Shown: positions 13,780-27,230, counted from the first letter of the stretch. The stretch: DNA of 64,000 nt from the human T2T-CHM13v2.0 reference genome, Homo sapiens (GCF_009914755.1 NC_060945.1); one strand, 5' to 3'. The notes: a model not told the origin generated them from the letters alone. A program made the numbers and translations.

Positions 13780-14959
13780 GTACGTGTCGACCCCCCTGCC
13801 GACTCTGGGAAGACCCCCTGCCCGAGAATCTGGGGGTGGGGCAAAGCCCAATTCTCCATAGGCACAGGGCTGAGGACCTATGGTAATGTTAGGGGCCTAC
13901 AGAAATGTTTTCATTTCAATTTATTTTAAAATCAGAAGAAAGAAATTAATAGAAGGATAGTAAATATACATAAAACAATGAATCTAGCTTGGATTACACT
14001 CATCTCTATCTAAATGCCATTATAAAATGTAATTTTTGATAGATTGTTAAGTGGAGGGGTGCAGGGGTCCATGAAGGCCAAGTTCCTTGGGCCCACAGAA
14101 GTCAGGATGCAGCCCGGGGTCGAGGGATTCCTTCCCCAGTGGCCTGGAGCCCGAGAGGGTGTGGCCTGGAGCCCGAGACAGTGTGGAAGCCCAGAGAAGC
14201 TGCAGAGAGGCCCGATGGGGGCCGCTGAGCTCTAGTCCTGCTGTATCGGCCCCCAGTCTTTTCTGTGGACCAGTTCTGATGAGTGGGTCGGGGATACCTG
14301 GGATGCTGAATTGAGCAGCAGGAGGAGGCCACGTAGGGACCTAAAATGCAGTGACTGATTAGCAATGTCGGCCCGGACACAGGCGTGGCAGAGGCGCCCA
14401 GCCACTGGCTTGCCAGCCCCTGCTGAGGGCTTTCTAGCTGGAAGGAGCAGCCGAGACCAGTTCCCTGGGGAGAATATTCCTTAGACACTGCGTGTGCTGT
14501 CCTGCTTCCTAACATCCCACACCTTGTCTTCTGTTTTTCTCATTCGCCTAATGTCCTGCAAGTCGATGACAGCATCCAGCACCAAGTCCCACATTGAGCA
14601 CAAATCTGGGGGAAATTGTCCCATTTTCCCAGAGTCCTGATGGATTAATCTGAGGCCTATGAGAACCAAGCCCTGCATTCAAGCCCGGGTTTTGTAGCCC
14701 CCCGGGTGGATCCCTCACCCTCAACTTCAGTTTCCTCATTTATCCAGTGGAGAGGCGTGATTTGCCTTCAGAGAGCCCCGGGGAGGCTGCAAACATGGGC
14801 CCAGGAAACACTCCTGAACGCTGGCGCCCGCCTGCGTCCCTGGCCAGGTCCACTCCGGGATGCAGAACAGTCCTGCTGGACGGCCATGCTGCCCTCCTGG
14901 GAGGGCTCTTACTCGTGGGTGGGATCCAGCAGGCTCTGACAGTGGATGTGTCTTGGCAG

Positions 14960-15790
14960 GTGACCTGGTGAGCCCCACGGGCGGTGGACTGTCTGCGGCA
15001 ACAGGGGTAACGGTCCCAGGTCTTGGCACGGGAACAGCAGCCCTCGGCCTAGAGAACTTCACCTTGTCACCCAGTCCTGGGTACCCTCAGGGCACCCCGG
15101 CAGCAGGCCAGGCCTGGACCCCAGAGCCCTCACCCAGAAGAGGGGGCAGCAATGTGGTCGGGTATGACAGGAACAACACAGGAAAAGGCGTGGAGCAGGA
15201 GGTGCCCAGCACTGCCCCGGGTCTGGGGATGGACCAGGGGAGCCCCAGCCAGGTGAACCCCAGCCAGGGGAGCCCCAGCCAGGGGAGCCTCAGACAGGAG
15301 AGTACCAGCCAGGCGAGCCCCAGCCAGAGGAGCACCAGCCAGGGGAGCCCCAGCCAGGTGAACCCCAGCCAGGGGAGCACCAGCCACGCGAACTCCAGCC
15401 AGGGGAGCCCCAGCCAGGGGAGCCCCAGCCAGGAGAGCCCCAGCCAGGGGAGCACCAGCCAGGCGAGCCCCAGCCATAGGAACACTATCGGGGTGATAGG
15501 CACCACCTCCTCCCCGAAGGCTCCTGGGTCAACCCACAGCTTCCCTCCTGGGGCCACAGATGGCCCACTGGCCCTCCCTGGACAGCTACAGGGAAACTCC
15601 ACCATGGAGCCACCCTCCTGGCCTTCCCCTACTGAGGACCCCACCGGCCACTTCCTGTGGCATGCCACCCGTTCCACCCGGGAAACACTTCTGAATCCCA
15701 CGTGGCTGCGAAATGAGGACAGTGGACCCTCCGGTTCTGTAGACCTGCCATTGACCTCCACCCTCACAGCTCTGAAGACCCCCGCCTGTG
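14960..15790 (+). CDS. UMODL1: UMODL1 Ser/Thr/Pro-rich linker exon (831 nt long form; short form is 14960-15201 plus 15586-15790)
   Basis: ggcag|GT GAC CTG...GCC TGT G|gtgagt; open throughout (ORF 14860-15894); internal GT..AG segment 15202-15585 is 384 nt. Confidence 0.92.
15234..15476 (+). repeat. Coding 15-bp tandem repeat (SQGSP/SQAS units) within the exitron
   Basis: cagccaggggagccc repeated about 16 times with variants. Confidence 0.92.
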
Positions 15791-16194
15791 GTGAGTTCCT
15801 CGAATGGTGCATGGGGATTAGGACTAATAGGACCCATAGCCTGTGTGAGCCTCTGGGGCAAAGCTCCTGCAGCCGTGGAGTCGCAGGCTGCTAGCAATGC
15901 TCAGGCGGCATCCTCATCTTGTGCGTGTGGAAACGGAGGCACCCAGCAGCTGGTTTCTAGTTGAGTTAGGAAGACAGCTTGGTCCCCTTGCCTGTCCCAG
16001 ATCTCTCTTCCCCATCTCTTAGGGCTCCCTGTCTGCAGCAGCTGGGGCGGAGGTCTGCCTTCAGGAGCAGGCTTTGGGCCTTACTTGTCGCGTTAGGTGC
16101 TGGAGCCATCCCCTGAGGTGTTGCCCACCCCCGCTGTCCTGCCTCCTAGCAGAACTGTGTCCCGGCCCCGATCAGTGTGATGACACCCCCACAA

Positions 16195-16945
16195 CAACTC
16201 TGCACCCCCCCAGTAATGCTGCACTCCCATAGCTGTTCTGCACCCCTCAGCTGTTCCGTCACCCTGCCAAGCATTCTGCAGCCCTGCAGCTGCTCTGCAC
16301 ACCAAGGTGTGCTGCACCCCAGCTTTTCTGCACCCCCGGCTCTTCTGTACTCCCAGCTGTTCTGCACCTCCCCAGCTGTTCTGTATCTCCCCAGCTGCTC
16401 TGTATCTGCCTAGCTGTTCTATATGCCCCAGAGATTCTGCATTTCCCCAGCTGTTCTGCACCCCCAGCTGTTCTGCACCTCCCCAGTTCTTCTGCACCCC
16501 CAGCTGTTCTGCATCCCCAGCTGTTCTGTATCTGCCCAGCTGCTCTGTATCTCCCCAGCTGCTCTGTTTCTGTCCAGCTGTTCTATATGCCCCAGAGATT
16601 CTGTATCTCCCCAGCTGTTCTGCACCCCCAGCTGTTCTGTACCCCCAGCTGTTTTGTACCTCCCAGCTCTTCTGTATCTCCCCAGCTCTTCTGTATCTCC
16701 CCACTGTTCTGCACCTCCATAGGTGTTCTGCACCTCCCCAGCTGTTTTGTGCCCCCTCAGCTGTTCTGCACCCACAGTTCTGTAGTTCCCCAGCTGTTCT
16801 TCACCCCAGATATTGAACCTCTGCAGATGCTCTGGATTGTCAGCTGTTCCGTACCCCCAGTTGTTTTTTTACCCCCTAAGTGTTCTGTACCCCCATCTGC
16901 TCTACACATCCAGAGTTCCTGCACCCCCCAGCTGTTATGCACCTC
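16195..16945. repeat. Degenerate 17-20 bp minisatellite
   Basis: ccccagctgttctgcacc / ctgtatct variants over about 750 bp. Confidence 0.9.
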
Positions 16946-17652
16946 TAGTCCTACCGTAACCCCCAGCAATTCCATGTTACTTGTAGAAGATTTAGCCATC
17001 ACCAAACCCCCAGGTGACATCTCAGGAGATTCACAGCAGGAATCTGTGCAGGAGTTGGATCTCGGCCGTGACAGCCCTGTGAGCTTGCAGAGCTAGCCTG
17101 CCTCTGGATTTCATCCAAATGAGCTGTCAAATGTGATCTTCCTCAATGCATTTCCTCTGCTAAGCAGCACAGGCTCTAAGACTAAACTCTTAGCCCATGT
17201 AAGTCAGTATTACCGAGGGACCTGGGGTCTTCCTGTAAGAATGGCTCTCTAGCCAGCATTGTCACCAATGTCAACTCCTAGTTGGACCCTGGGTAAATCC
17301 ACCCAGGGGTCAAGAGTAGACAGTCCATCTGAGGCGCCACCAAGAACCTGCCCAAGAGGCCTTCATTTTGGGGAGTCCAGGGGCCTCAGGGATGTATATG
17401 AACCATCTGCTGAAACAAAACAAAATCAGAAGCCATTTGCTATCATCCCAAGGAGGGGCAAGGATGCAGGCCCAGGAAGCCCGGGCTTGGGAGGTTTGTA
17501 CAGGATCCTACTCACCCATCACCTCGGCGGCCATCACCTGCAAATCGCTCATGTCCCCATGGTGATGAATTTGATTTTTGGCATTGGGCGAGGCTTCTTT
17601 TCTCCTAGAAATGGCTTGATTGTAATTTTGGTGTTTATATTCCACTTCCCAG

Positions 17653-17910
17653 TTCCTGTCTCCATTGGGAGGATCATGGTCTCCAATGTGACCAGCACCG
17701 GCTTCCACCTGGCATGGGAGGCGGATCTTGCTATGGACTCCACCTTCCAGCTCACTCTGACTTCCATGTGGAGCCCTGCTGTGGTCCTAGAGACCTGGAA
17801 CACGAGTGTGACACTGTCGGGGCTGGAGCCTGGGGTCTTGCACCTGGTTGAGATCATGGCCAAAGCATGTGGGAAAGAAGGTGCCAGAGCTCATCTGAAA
17901 GTGAGGACAG
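17653..17910 (+). CDS. UMODL1: UMODL1 coding exon, FN3 domain 2 (258 nt, phase 1-1)
   Basis: cccag|TT CCT GTC...AGG ACA G|gtaatg; VPVSIGRIMVSNVTSTGFHLAW...LSGLEPGVLHLVEIMA...LKVRT. Confidence 0.95.
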
Positions 17911-18540
17911 GTAATGGGCTTCCATTTGTTTTTAAAGAGAGGAACAAAAAGTATGAAAAAGACTTTCTGTGGGTTAAGGCTTAAGAGAGCTGGATTTGTT
18001 TATGGGCTGCTAGGTGTCATTGTTCTTCTCAGCTTAGGGACATCCGGCTGGCTTCAGCAGGCGTGCAATGACGGCCAGACAGGAGGTGGCTTATTCAGGA
18101 AAAGGCATTAGGCAGCCCACGGGTATGGAGGCGGCAGCAGAGTGCCATAGACTGCGCCTGGAAGGCTGCGGGTGCGGCTCACCCATGTCCTCCGGGGGAG
18201 GCAGCATGGAAAATGCATGCGGTGCTCATCTGTTGAGCTGCATCCACTCCCTCTGATCTCAACAGTCCTACAGAGGACTTGGCTTTCAGGAAGGACATCA
18301 ACAGACAATCGGCAGTCACATGGATGATCTGTGAGCAGCCTGCCAGAGCCTGGGGCCACAAAGTAAAGAATTGAGCAATAATGAATCAAACATAGACTCC
18401 ACTGCGTTCCAGCTGGACAGTGACAATATTACACATATTTGGATGAAATTCCTCTTTTCTTTTCATTAGCATCGCTACCTGGGTATTTTCTTATGTGTAC
18501 CTTACCTGGGTAGTCAAGAGCGTGTCTGATGTTGCAAGCT

Positions 18541-18705
18541 GGTTTTCACGCCATGGGCAGCTTCCCAAGCGTTGATAGCAGTGGTCTGCACGGTGGGGCG
18601 CACACCCCTTGAGGGAGGTGTAGGATGGTTTCACACTGTGGGCAGCATTGACAGCAGTGGTCTGCACAGTGGGGCGCACACCCCTTGAGAGAGGCATAAG
18701 ATGGT
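18541..18705. repeat. Two-copy tandem duplication (about 77-85 bp)
   Basis: agcagtggtctgcacRgtggggcgcacaccccttgag occurs twice. Confidence 0.8.
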
Positions 18706-19952
18706 CTATTGGGATGCAATAATAGAAGTTGAGAACTATGTATGTGCTTTAAAGTACTAATCAGCCATGGCCTGAGAAATTAGAGAACAGATGGAGTGCA
18801 TGACGTGAATTGTGCACGTTCACGAGCAGCTGGAGAGGAGGGAGATCAGTGCTGGCTGGACAGTCAGACAGGGTGGCTCTGGGGTCTGAGAGCCAGAGTT
18901 GGGCCTCTGAAGGTCTCAGCTGCTCTGGACGGGACAGGCTGCACGGGGGACCCCAAACCTGTGGGTGCACTTATACCTGCTCTCACCTGTGCACCTGTCC
19001 TGCTACTGATGGCTTTCAGACTGGGTTGCTCATGCCAGCCATGGAGACTGAACCAGAAGCCCTCAGGGGCAGCAACAACAATGATCTCAAGGACGTAGAG
19101 TTTGGGGTTCGCCCAGGAATGCATAGCAGAATGGCTCTGTGGTTTGTCTTAAACTTAGTGAGAAGCTCTGGGGAGATGGACTCTAAGCCCCCTGAGGGGA
19201 GAGCTGTGTCTTTCTCCTTCACTGTCTAGAATGCCTCTGGCGCATGGCAGGCGCTTTGCAAATATCTGGTGAGGGACTGACTGAACACTGGGGTGGCTGC
19301 CATGCCAGGGCCAGGATGGGATGGCGACATTCCTGGACCACATTTATGTGCCACATACTTCTAGAAGCCCTCTGCGGAGGGAAAAGATTCAGATGGAACA
19401 GATGATGCCAAAACAGGGACTGCCCATAGACCAGGGGAGGTGGGGCTGCTGGGGGAGGAAGAAGGACTGGCTCCAAACAAGACCCCTGGGCACCCTGTGG
19501 CCACGTGGACTCTGAGCAGAGGCCTGGCCAGGGCCCTAAGTCCTGTTATACCTGGGACAGCCCAGTTTGCACCCGTAGCCCTGGCAAAGTTATTTAATGG
19601 TGCCTCCACATGCTTCAAGTCATGCCAGCTTGCTGGGAAATTGTCTGAACCCCAGCATGGGGGAACGGCAGCAAGGAAGGAAGGCTATGTGTGGTGGGGA
19701 GACAGTTGCAGGGGCGAGCTGGCTCTGTGGCCTCTGGAAGGTTCTCCCACTGTGTTCAGGCTGTGTTCTGTGTCCTCTGGAATCTGATGGGCTGTGTCCC
19801 TGAGCCCTGGCACTATTCCTTCTTTCTAGAACACGGGTTGGCTTTGGTGTGATGCTCTTCCTGGACATGAAAATACATTTATTAATATTGAAATGTTAGT
19901 CTGTTATCTAATACAGCACCAATTCCAAATGTGCTTATCCTCCATCCTGCAG

Positions 19953-20065
19953 CAGCCCGGAAGCTCATTGGAAAGGTCAGAATCAAAAATGTCAGGTACT
20001 CAGAATCCTTTCGCAACGCAAGCAGCCAGGAGTATCGAGATTTCCTAGAACTATTCTTCAGGATG
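19953..20065 (+). CDS. UMODL1: UMODL1 coding exon, SEA domain 2 N-terminal part (113 nt, phase 1-0)
   Basis: ctgcag|CA GCC CGG...AGG ATG|gtgagt; AARKLIGKVRIKNVRYSESFRNASSQEYRDFLELFFRM. Confidence 0.93.
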
Positions 20066-20132
20066 GTGAGTTGGTGATATCAGCCCTTAATTCCTTTCAG
20101 GAGGGAAAGGGTGGAAGGCTGATAGAATTCTA

Positions 20133-20447
20133 GGTTAGGCACGGTGGCTCACCCCTGTAATCCTAGCACTTTGGGAGGCAGAGGCGGGCAGATTGCCTGA
20201 GCTCAGGAGTTCAAGACCAGCCTGGGCAACATGGCAAAACCCCATCTCCACCAAAAAAAAAAAAAAAAAAAAAAATACAAAAAATGAGCCTGTCATGGTG
20301 GCGCATGTTTGTGACCTCAGCTACTCAGCAGGCTAAGGCAGGAGAATCTCTTGAACCCAGGAGGCAGAGGTTGCAGTAAGCCGAGATCGTGCCACTGCAC
20401 TCTAGCCTGGACAACAGAGTGAAACCCTGTGGGAAAAAAAAAAAAAG
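20133..20447 (+). mobile_element. Alu with expanded middle poly(A)
   Basis: Alu dimer; TSD agaattctag on both sides; long A run at about 20254-20275. Confidence 0.93.
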
Positions 20448-20714
20448 AATTCTAGTCTCATCCAACTAGGAATTTGACCTATAGGTCCTATGAGCTCCTC
20501 ATTTCTGAAGGAAGCCAGGACGTTAAGCTCTGGCCTGACTCCCTGAGTGTCCCTGGATCTGCCCCGGCGAAGACACGGTTAGCAGACAGGAGGCACAACT
20601 CTTCCTCTGCTGCATCCTTACTTCACACTTCACTTTCTGTCCAGTGAAACCTGTTTTTCAGTTGTGGAACCTATGAAGCAGAAAGTCCCTCCACGGTTTT
20701 TTTTTTTTAAACCT

Positions 20715-21465
<751 letters not shown>

Positions 21466-23190
21466 TGCCCCTGCCTCAGAGAAAGTTCTTTTCCTGCTCT
21501 TTCCTGCATTCCTCCCTGCCATCCCCTCAGCATTCTCCAGGATGCTATCTGTTACCATTTAGTGACATGCCTTCTTGTGGACTTTTTGAGGTATAGGGAG
21601 TGCCCTTGTCATAATCTAGTGATTTTGTTTGCACGGAATCTCACATTGTAGATTTCCTGAGTCTGAGCTCAGCACAGAGAGGGTTTGACATTGCCACCTA
21701 GTGGCCTGTCGTGGTAATACCGTAGCAGGGCTGCAAACCCCAGCGCTTCCCCCACAGATGAGAAGATTCGACAGCCTTTGGGAACGGCCTAGCTCATTCC
21801 CTGCTCCTGGTTTGTGCATTCAACAGTTGTTGACGGTTTGATTAATAATGTGATTTCATTGATAAGGTTAAATAGTAGTTAGAATATTAAACAACAAACA
21901 CTGAATCCTTCCACCTGGCTCGAGTGGTCAAAAGAGGCAGCTCCGTTTCCTTCCCGAGTTTCTTGATTAATCTTTCCTCTTTGAACCATTTCTTCCTTTG
22001 CCCATTTTTGGGGTGTTGTTTTTCTGTTTGCCTAGAATTTCAGGACAGCAAATAATTATACAACTTAATCACAGAAGTAGGATGTTAAGAGAAATTTCGG
22101 GGGTTTCACTTGCTGATAACCGCAGACGTGGATGTCAGGAGGTGTTGGCTGCATGGCTTGGTCCCTGGCTCTTCACCACTTCCTAGCAAGGGGCCTGGAA
22201 GTTTGCTTAGAGGTTGGTTTGAAATGCAGCTAAAAGTCACATTAATCCAAGACTATGCCAGATTCCTCTGAGAGAAAGAGAGAGGGAAGAACTGATTGTG
22301 AAGATGGTCACGACAACAGTCATCTACTGAGCCAACCAAGGGCAGCTGTGGTCTCCCTGGGGTCCACAGGCTCTGAGAGGGACAATGGATCTGTTCACCT
22401 TGGTGGCCCAGAAGCCGGGAAGTGAGTCCATGACCCAGGCCTTGAGCCATCGCACCTGTGAGGACAAACCCTGGAAGTACCCATAGGAGGTTTGCACTGA
22501 GGATGATTGAAGCTCATTATAAGATTGTTTGCCTTTCTGAGTGCTTTGACCATGATGGGTTAGCATGGAATCAATCATATAGCGTGTGGTGTGTGACTGT
22601 GTCCAAAGAGACAGAGTAGAAAGCAGGGCGTTCGGGGGCAGGAACCCCCTGTCCTAATGGGGAAGTTGGAAATGCTCACAGGAAGCAGTCTGGGGAGAGG
22701 TAGGGAGGAAGAATGAAAGGGGACATGTTCTGCAGTGCCAGGAGCAAAAGAGCTGTTCCAGAGAAGGCAGCGGGAAGTGGTCTCCCTCCCCACGACCCTG
22801 CACTCAGCCCCCTGCCCTCGGTGGCTGCAAACCAGGAGTATTAGGTTCTAGAAGCCCTTGTGAGCCCCCAGCAAATTTTAAGCCCCATGAGGTAGGGTCT
22901 CTGCCTGTGCCCCCAAGTCCCACCCTCGCCCCACAGGCATCTTTCTGAAGCCGTTTACTGGTTTGGGGGGGGAAACAAGGGCTCTTCTCATATCACAGAC
23001 ACTCCCAGGCGTTTGTGCTGGGCTTGAAAACACAGCAGACAGGAAAGGGGCCCAGAACCAACCTGTGGCTTTTACTTTGTGCCACGGGCCAGCCCTGCTG
23101 CTGGGCAGACTGGCAGGAGGAACCGCCTTGAGACGGGCATCTGTTTCCTCTCAGCGTGGGGACCTCCTCACATGGCCTCTTTCCCCGCAG

Positions 23191-23404
23191 GTGCGGGGCT
23201 CCCTGCCAGCCACCATGTGTCAGCACATGGACGCTGGTGGGGTCAGGATGGAAGTCGTCAGCGTCACCAACGGCAGCATCGTGGTGGAGTTTCACTTGCT
23301 GATAATCGCAGATGTGGATGTCCAGGAGGTGTCAGCTGCATTTCTCACCGCCTTCCAGACCGTGCCTCTGCTGGAGGTGATCAGAGGCGACACCTTCATA
23401 CAGG
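23191..23404 (+). CDS. UMODL1: UMODL1 coding exon, SEA domain 2 C-terminal part with GSIVV motif (214 nt, phase 0-1)
   Basis: ccgcag|GTG CGG GGC...ATA CAG G|gtacga; VRGSLPATMCQHMDAGGVRMEVVSVTNGSIVVEFHL...DTFIQ. Confidence 0.95.
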
Positions 23405-24049
23405 GTACGAGAGGCTGGGATGGAGCCTCTCCCGTGTTCTGGAACCAGAGGCAGCCAGAGGGCAGCCACCACCCTTCGCTTTTGAAAGATGTCGTGTTGT
23501 GCCCATGTGGTCCTTCTTCCCCCAGAATTAGATGAAGATGTGAAATAGATAGGACCCTGTCTGTCCCTCTTATTGTGATTATAATTGTGTAAAGGTTGAA
23601 GTGTTGAAAACATCTTTGGGTGAACCTGCAGATCCCCAGGGGTGCTGCTTTCTTTCCGGGTCGACTGCCCCCTCGCTGCTTGTTTCCATGGGCTGAGGGC
23701 AGATGCATCCCTCTCTGCAGCCAGACTCTCCCCCAAGCATAGTTCCCAAGGAGATCCCAGTAAAGATAATTAACGAGAAAAGCAGGGAGAAAAAGACAAT
23801 TCAGATTCTTTTCTCCTATCATACTTGAACATAAATGATGAATGGCTTATAGTTACATGTATCAGAAACAAAAGACTTTTTAAAAATTGGAGATTCATAT
23901 TAATTTTTTGATTTTTAGAATAAGAAGGACTTCCTAAAGAAAATACGATTTTTAGAGGAAAACGATGAGATGCTGACTGCATGCAGAGATAAATCAAAAT
24001 AAAGGCACCATTTTAACGCAAAGTAAACAAAAAATTTTTCAATAATTTG

Positions 24050-24590
24050 GTGAAGTGTTAGTATCCCAAATATATAGAGAGATCATACAAATAGATAAAT
24101 ATTAAGAACCTGATGGATAAATGCACGAAAGCTCTACACAGACAAGGTATAAAAGAAGAAATATGAATGACTAACAAAGATGTGGTAACCCAAGACATCC
24201 CCATTAGAATGCATTGCACTGTTTGCCCATCAAATTGCAAACAAAAGGTCTCTTTACTGCTGACATGAATACTGGTGAAAGTGTAGTGAGGCAGGTGTTT
24301 GCACAGATTGCTGGTGGCAGAAGGATTTGCTCATGCTTCCTGGAAACCAGTTTGGTGACATAAATCAAACGCTTTCAAAGTGGCCATCCACTTGGATTCT
24401 GAAATATCAGCTCTACGACTTTGTCCTAAGGAATTTGATCTGTTTGGACCGTAGTTTAAATACAAAGATGTTCATCTTCAGTGTTACTTTAAAAGCCAAA
24501 GAGTTGGAAATCACCAATCATCCAGTAACAAAGAAGGTGCTAAGTTACCAGGTGTCCCCGCCCCGGGCTGTTATGCAATGATGAGAATAG
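24050..24590 (+). mobile_element. Old L1M fragment
   Basis: A-rich, with degenerate L1 3' motifs (gctggtggcagaagg...ctggaaaccagtttgg...aagatgttcatc...ttggaaatcacc). Confidence 0.5.
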
Positions 24591-25166
24591 CGGTTTGTGG
24601 ATTTGCATGGAGCTAGTTGGTGGCAGAGGCAAGCTATGCTCTCAGAGCATGCCTGCATTTTAAAAGGCTGGAAGGAAATACGTCCACATGCTAACTTGCC
24701 CCTGGCCACGCTTTTCTGGTTCTTATCCATGTTCTGCAGTAAACCTGTTTTGCTGTCAACAATCAACCCAGCATCATGGCGAAAGGCAAATGGCCTGAGG
24801 GCCTTCTGCCCAGGGTTGGGCTTGCAGCCTGGGTCCCTTGGGCTGGACCGAGGTGGATCTGGGGGCCTGTGCATCTCCTGGTTACTCCCGGGAACTGAAG
24901 GGATGGCCCTGCTCTGCCCAGATCCCCCTCCCAGCCCTGGGCCAGAATCCTCCTTCCAGAACAGCCCCTGCAGACATACTTAGCCATTCCCAGCCCCAGC
25001 TTCAGGAAGCCTCCTGTACTTTCCAGAACTGGTGAGCTTGACTGCAGTCTGCTGTGGCTGGAGTTTCCAGCTTTGTCTGTGAGATGCACTCTCCCCCAAC
25101 CAGGCTGCTGTGAGACCACAAGCCCCCAGGGATGTTCTTCTGTTTTGTCTTCTAAATGTTGTGCAG

Positions 25167-25304
25167 ATTACGATGAGTGTGAAAGGAAGGAGGACGACTG
25201 TGTGCCGGGGACATCCTGTCGAAACACCCTCGGGTCTTTCACTTGTAGCTGCGAGGGAGGAGCCCCCGACTTCCCTGTGGAATATTCTGAGAGACCCTGT
25301 GAAG
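25167..25304 (+). CDS. UMODL1: UMODL1 coding exon, calcium-binding EGF domain (138 nt, phase 1-1)
   Basis: gtgcag|AT TAC GAT GAG TGT...TGT GAA G|gtaatg; DYDECERKEDDCVPGTSCRNTLGSFTCSC...RPCE. Confidence 0.96.
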
Positions 25305-25444
25305 GTAATGTCGTCAGAGTTTCTTCTTCTGGAATACTGTATCATAATCGGTTTTTTTTAAGGACATTCACGTGCAAAGGGCTTCTTGTCCCTCTGAGGT
25401 CATATTTTTATGTCCTGGGGAAGTTTCCTGTGTGTGATGTGGGT

Positions 25445-25500
25445 GCACGTGTGTGTGTGTGTGTGTGATGTATGTGTACATGTGTGTACGTGTGTGCATG
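25445..25500. repeat. (TG)n-type microsatellite
   Basis: Alternating TG with interruptions. Confidence 0.85.
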
Positions 25501-26604
25501 TTCCTTCCCATTCTTTCATATGTGTCCAGGCTTCTGGGCAGTGCCTTATCTCTCCAAGTGCTAGCTCTGATATCCATGGAGAGAAAATATACACATACAT
25601 GAGGTGTGAACGTGCAGATGCTGAGCGACCGTCTTGTGAAACACGCAGCCGTGGGACACGCGACACAGGGGAATGTTTCCTCTTGGCCACTCTTTCCACC
25701 CAGCTCTTTTCCTGCTAAACGGGGTCTTAGTGGATTTAACACTGACCCCACGTTGGCCACTGCTATCCAGGAATCTGCGTCAAGTGAAGGGAGGTGGGCA
25801 TTTATACCAGTGAGTGTGGTATCCGGGGGGCTATAGAACGTGTCCTGCTTGAGGTAGAATCAGGAAGCACAGAGGAGGCTAAGTTGCTTCAGTCCAGTGA
25901 GTGTGGCCAGGGAGGGCTTCCTGGAAGTGGTGTCTTGAAGCTGGTCTTAATGGATAGCTAAGATGGCACCCAGCAGGGAGGGCAGGGCATGGTGGGTGGG
26001 TGCCGTGGTGAGAACAGAGCTGGTGATGGGCGTGATCTCACATGCAGGGACCTGCAGGAGATGGGTGGCAGAGAGCGAGAAGCAGGCTGCCCAGGGAGGC
26101 GGGTGAGGCAGCAGCCAACTGTGAAGTCCTCAGCAATGGTTTGGACTATGGCCCAGAGACAGGAGTGAGCTGGGTGGAGCTGCAGGGTGCTGGGGCTGGG
26201 CAAGCCCCACTCTGAGATAAAAGAAGGCACAAACCAGGCCCACAGATGATGGAGCCACTGCTGAAGGAGGGTGGAGGGCACGTGCGGAGCTGTGTCTGGG
26301 GTCTGCTTCCATATAGACCACCCCGAGAACAGGTGGGTGGATTGGAAAGCTTTCCGGGCCCCTTGTTCTCCTAGGCATTGAAACTGAACCTGCTCTGGGG
26401 GCAAGAAGGGAGCTGGAGTGGGAAGTTTGGGCACAAGGACCTCAAGAGGAGGCATCATTACCCCATCTTAGAGAATAGACTCAGGGCTCTCAGGGCAGAA
26501 GACTCACCCTGTATCCACTGGCTTGGCACATCCCCGGCATCAGGTCCCTCGGTCCTTGGCCCTCGGGGGCCCATGGTGAGCCTGGATCCCTGAGCTGGTG
26601 GAAA

Positions 26605-26770
26605 TGTGCAACATGTGCATGTGTGCGTGTGTGTGTGTCTGCACGTGTGTGCGTGCGTGTGTGCATGTGTGTGCATGTGTGTGCATCTCTGCGTGCATGT
26701 GTGTGCATGCACGTGTGTGTACGTGTGTGTGCATATGTGTGCGTGTGTGTGTGTGTGTGTGCACGTGTGT
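26605..26770. repeat. Degenerate (TG/CA/CG)n tract
   Basis: About 165 bp of mostly alternating purine-pyrimidine sequence. Confidence 0.9.
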
Positions 26771-26910
26771 AGTTGTGGCTGGAACATGCGGTTCCCAGGT
26801 GTGGCTGCTGCAGAGTGCAGGGCAGCTCCAGTCTGCTCCTTACCCCTGCCCCTCCATGCCAACCCCAAACACAGAGCCACTCTTTGCCTTTTCCTCCTTG
26901 TGCCTTGCAG

Positions 26911-27230
26911 GTGACTCTCCTGGCAATGAAACCTGGGCCACCAGCCCAGAGAGGCCTCTCACCACAGCAGGGACCAAGGCTGCCTTTGTGCAAGGCACCA
27001 GCCCCACCCCCCAAGGCCTGCCCCAGCGGCTGAACCTGACCGGAGCAGTCAGGGTGCTCTGTGAGATCGAGAAGGTGGTTGTCGCCATCCAGAAGCGCTT
27101 CCTGCAGCAGGAATCCATCCCCGAGTCCTCGTTGTACCTCAGCCACCCCTCCTGCAACGTGAGCCACAGCAATGGCACACACGTGCTCCTGGAGGCCGGC
27201 TGGAGCGAGTGTGGGACCCTCATGCAGAGC
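26911..27230 (+). CDS. UMODL1: UMODL1 coding exon, linker and start of ZP-N (320 nt, phase 1-0)
   Basis: ttgcag|GT GAC TCT...CAG AGC|gtaaga; ...VRVLCEIEKVVVAI...LYLSHPSC...WSECGTLMQS, ZP-N signature. Confidence 0.95.

Noticed and set aside
15087-15812. 241-aa minus-strand ORF with LPWLG repeats
   Set aside because: In-register antisense shadow of the coding 15-bp repeat; no independent evidence.
23383-23391. RGD tripeptide in SEA2
   Set aside because: Common by chance, absent from SEA1, and exposure and conservation cannot be assessed here.
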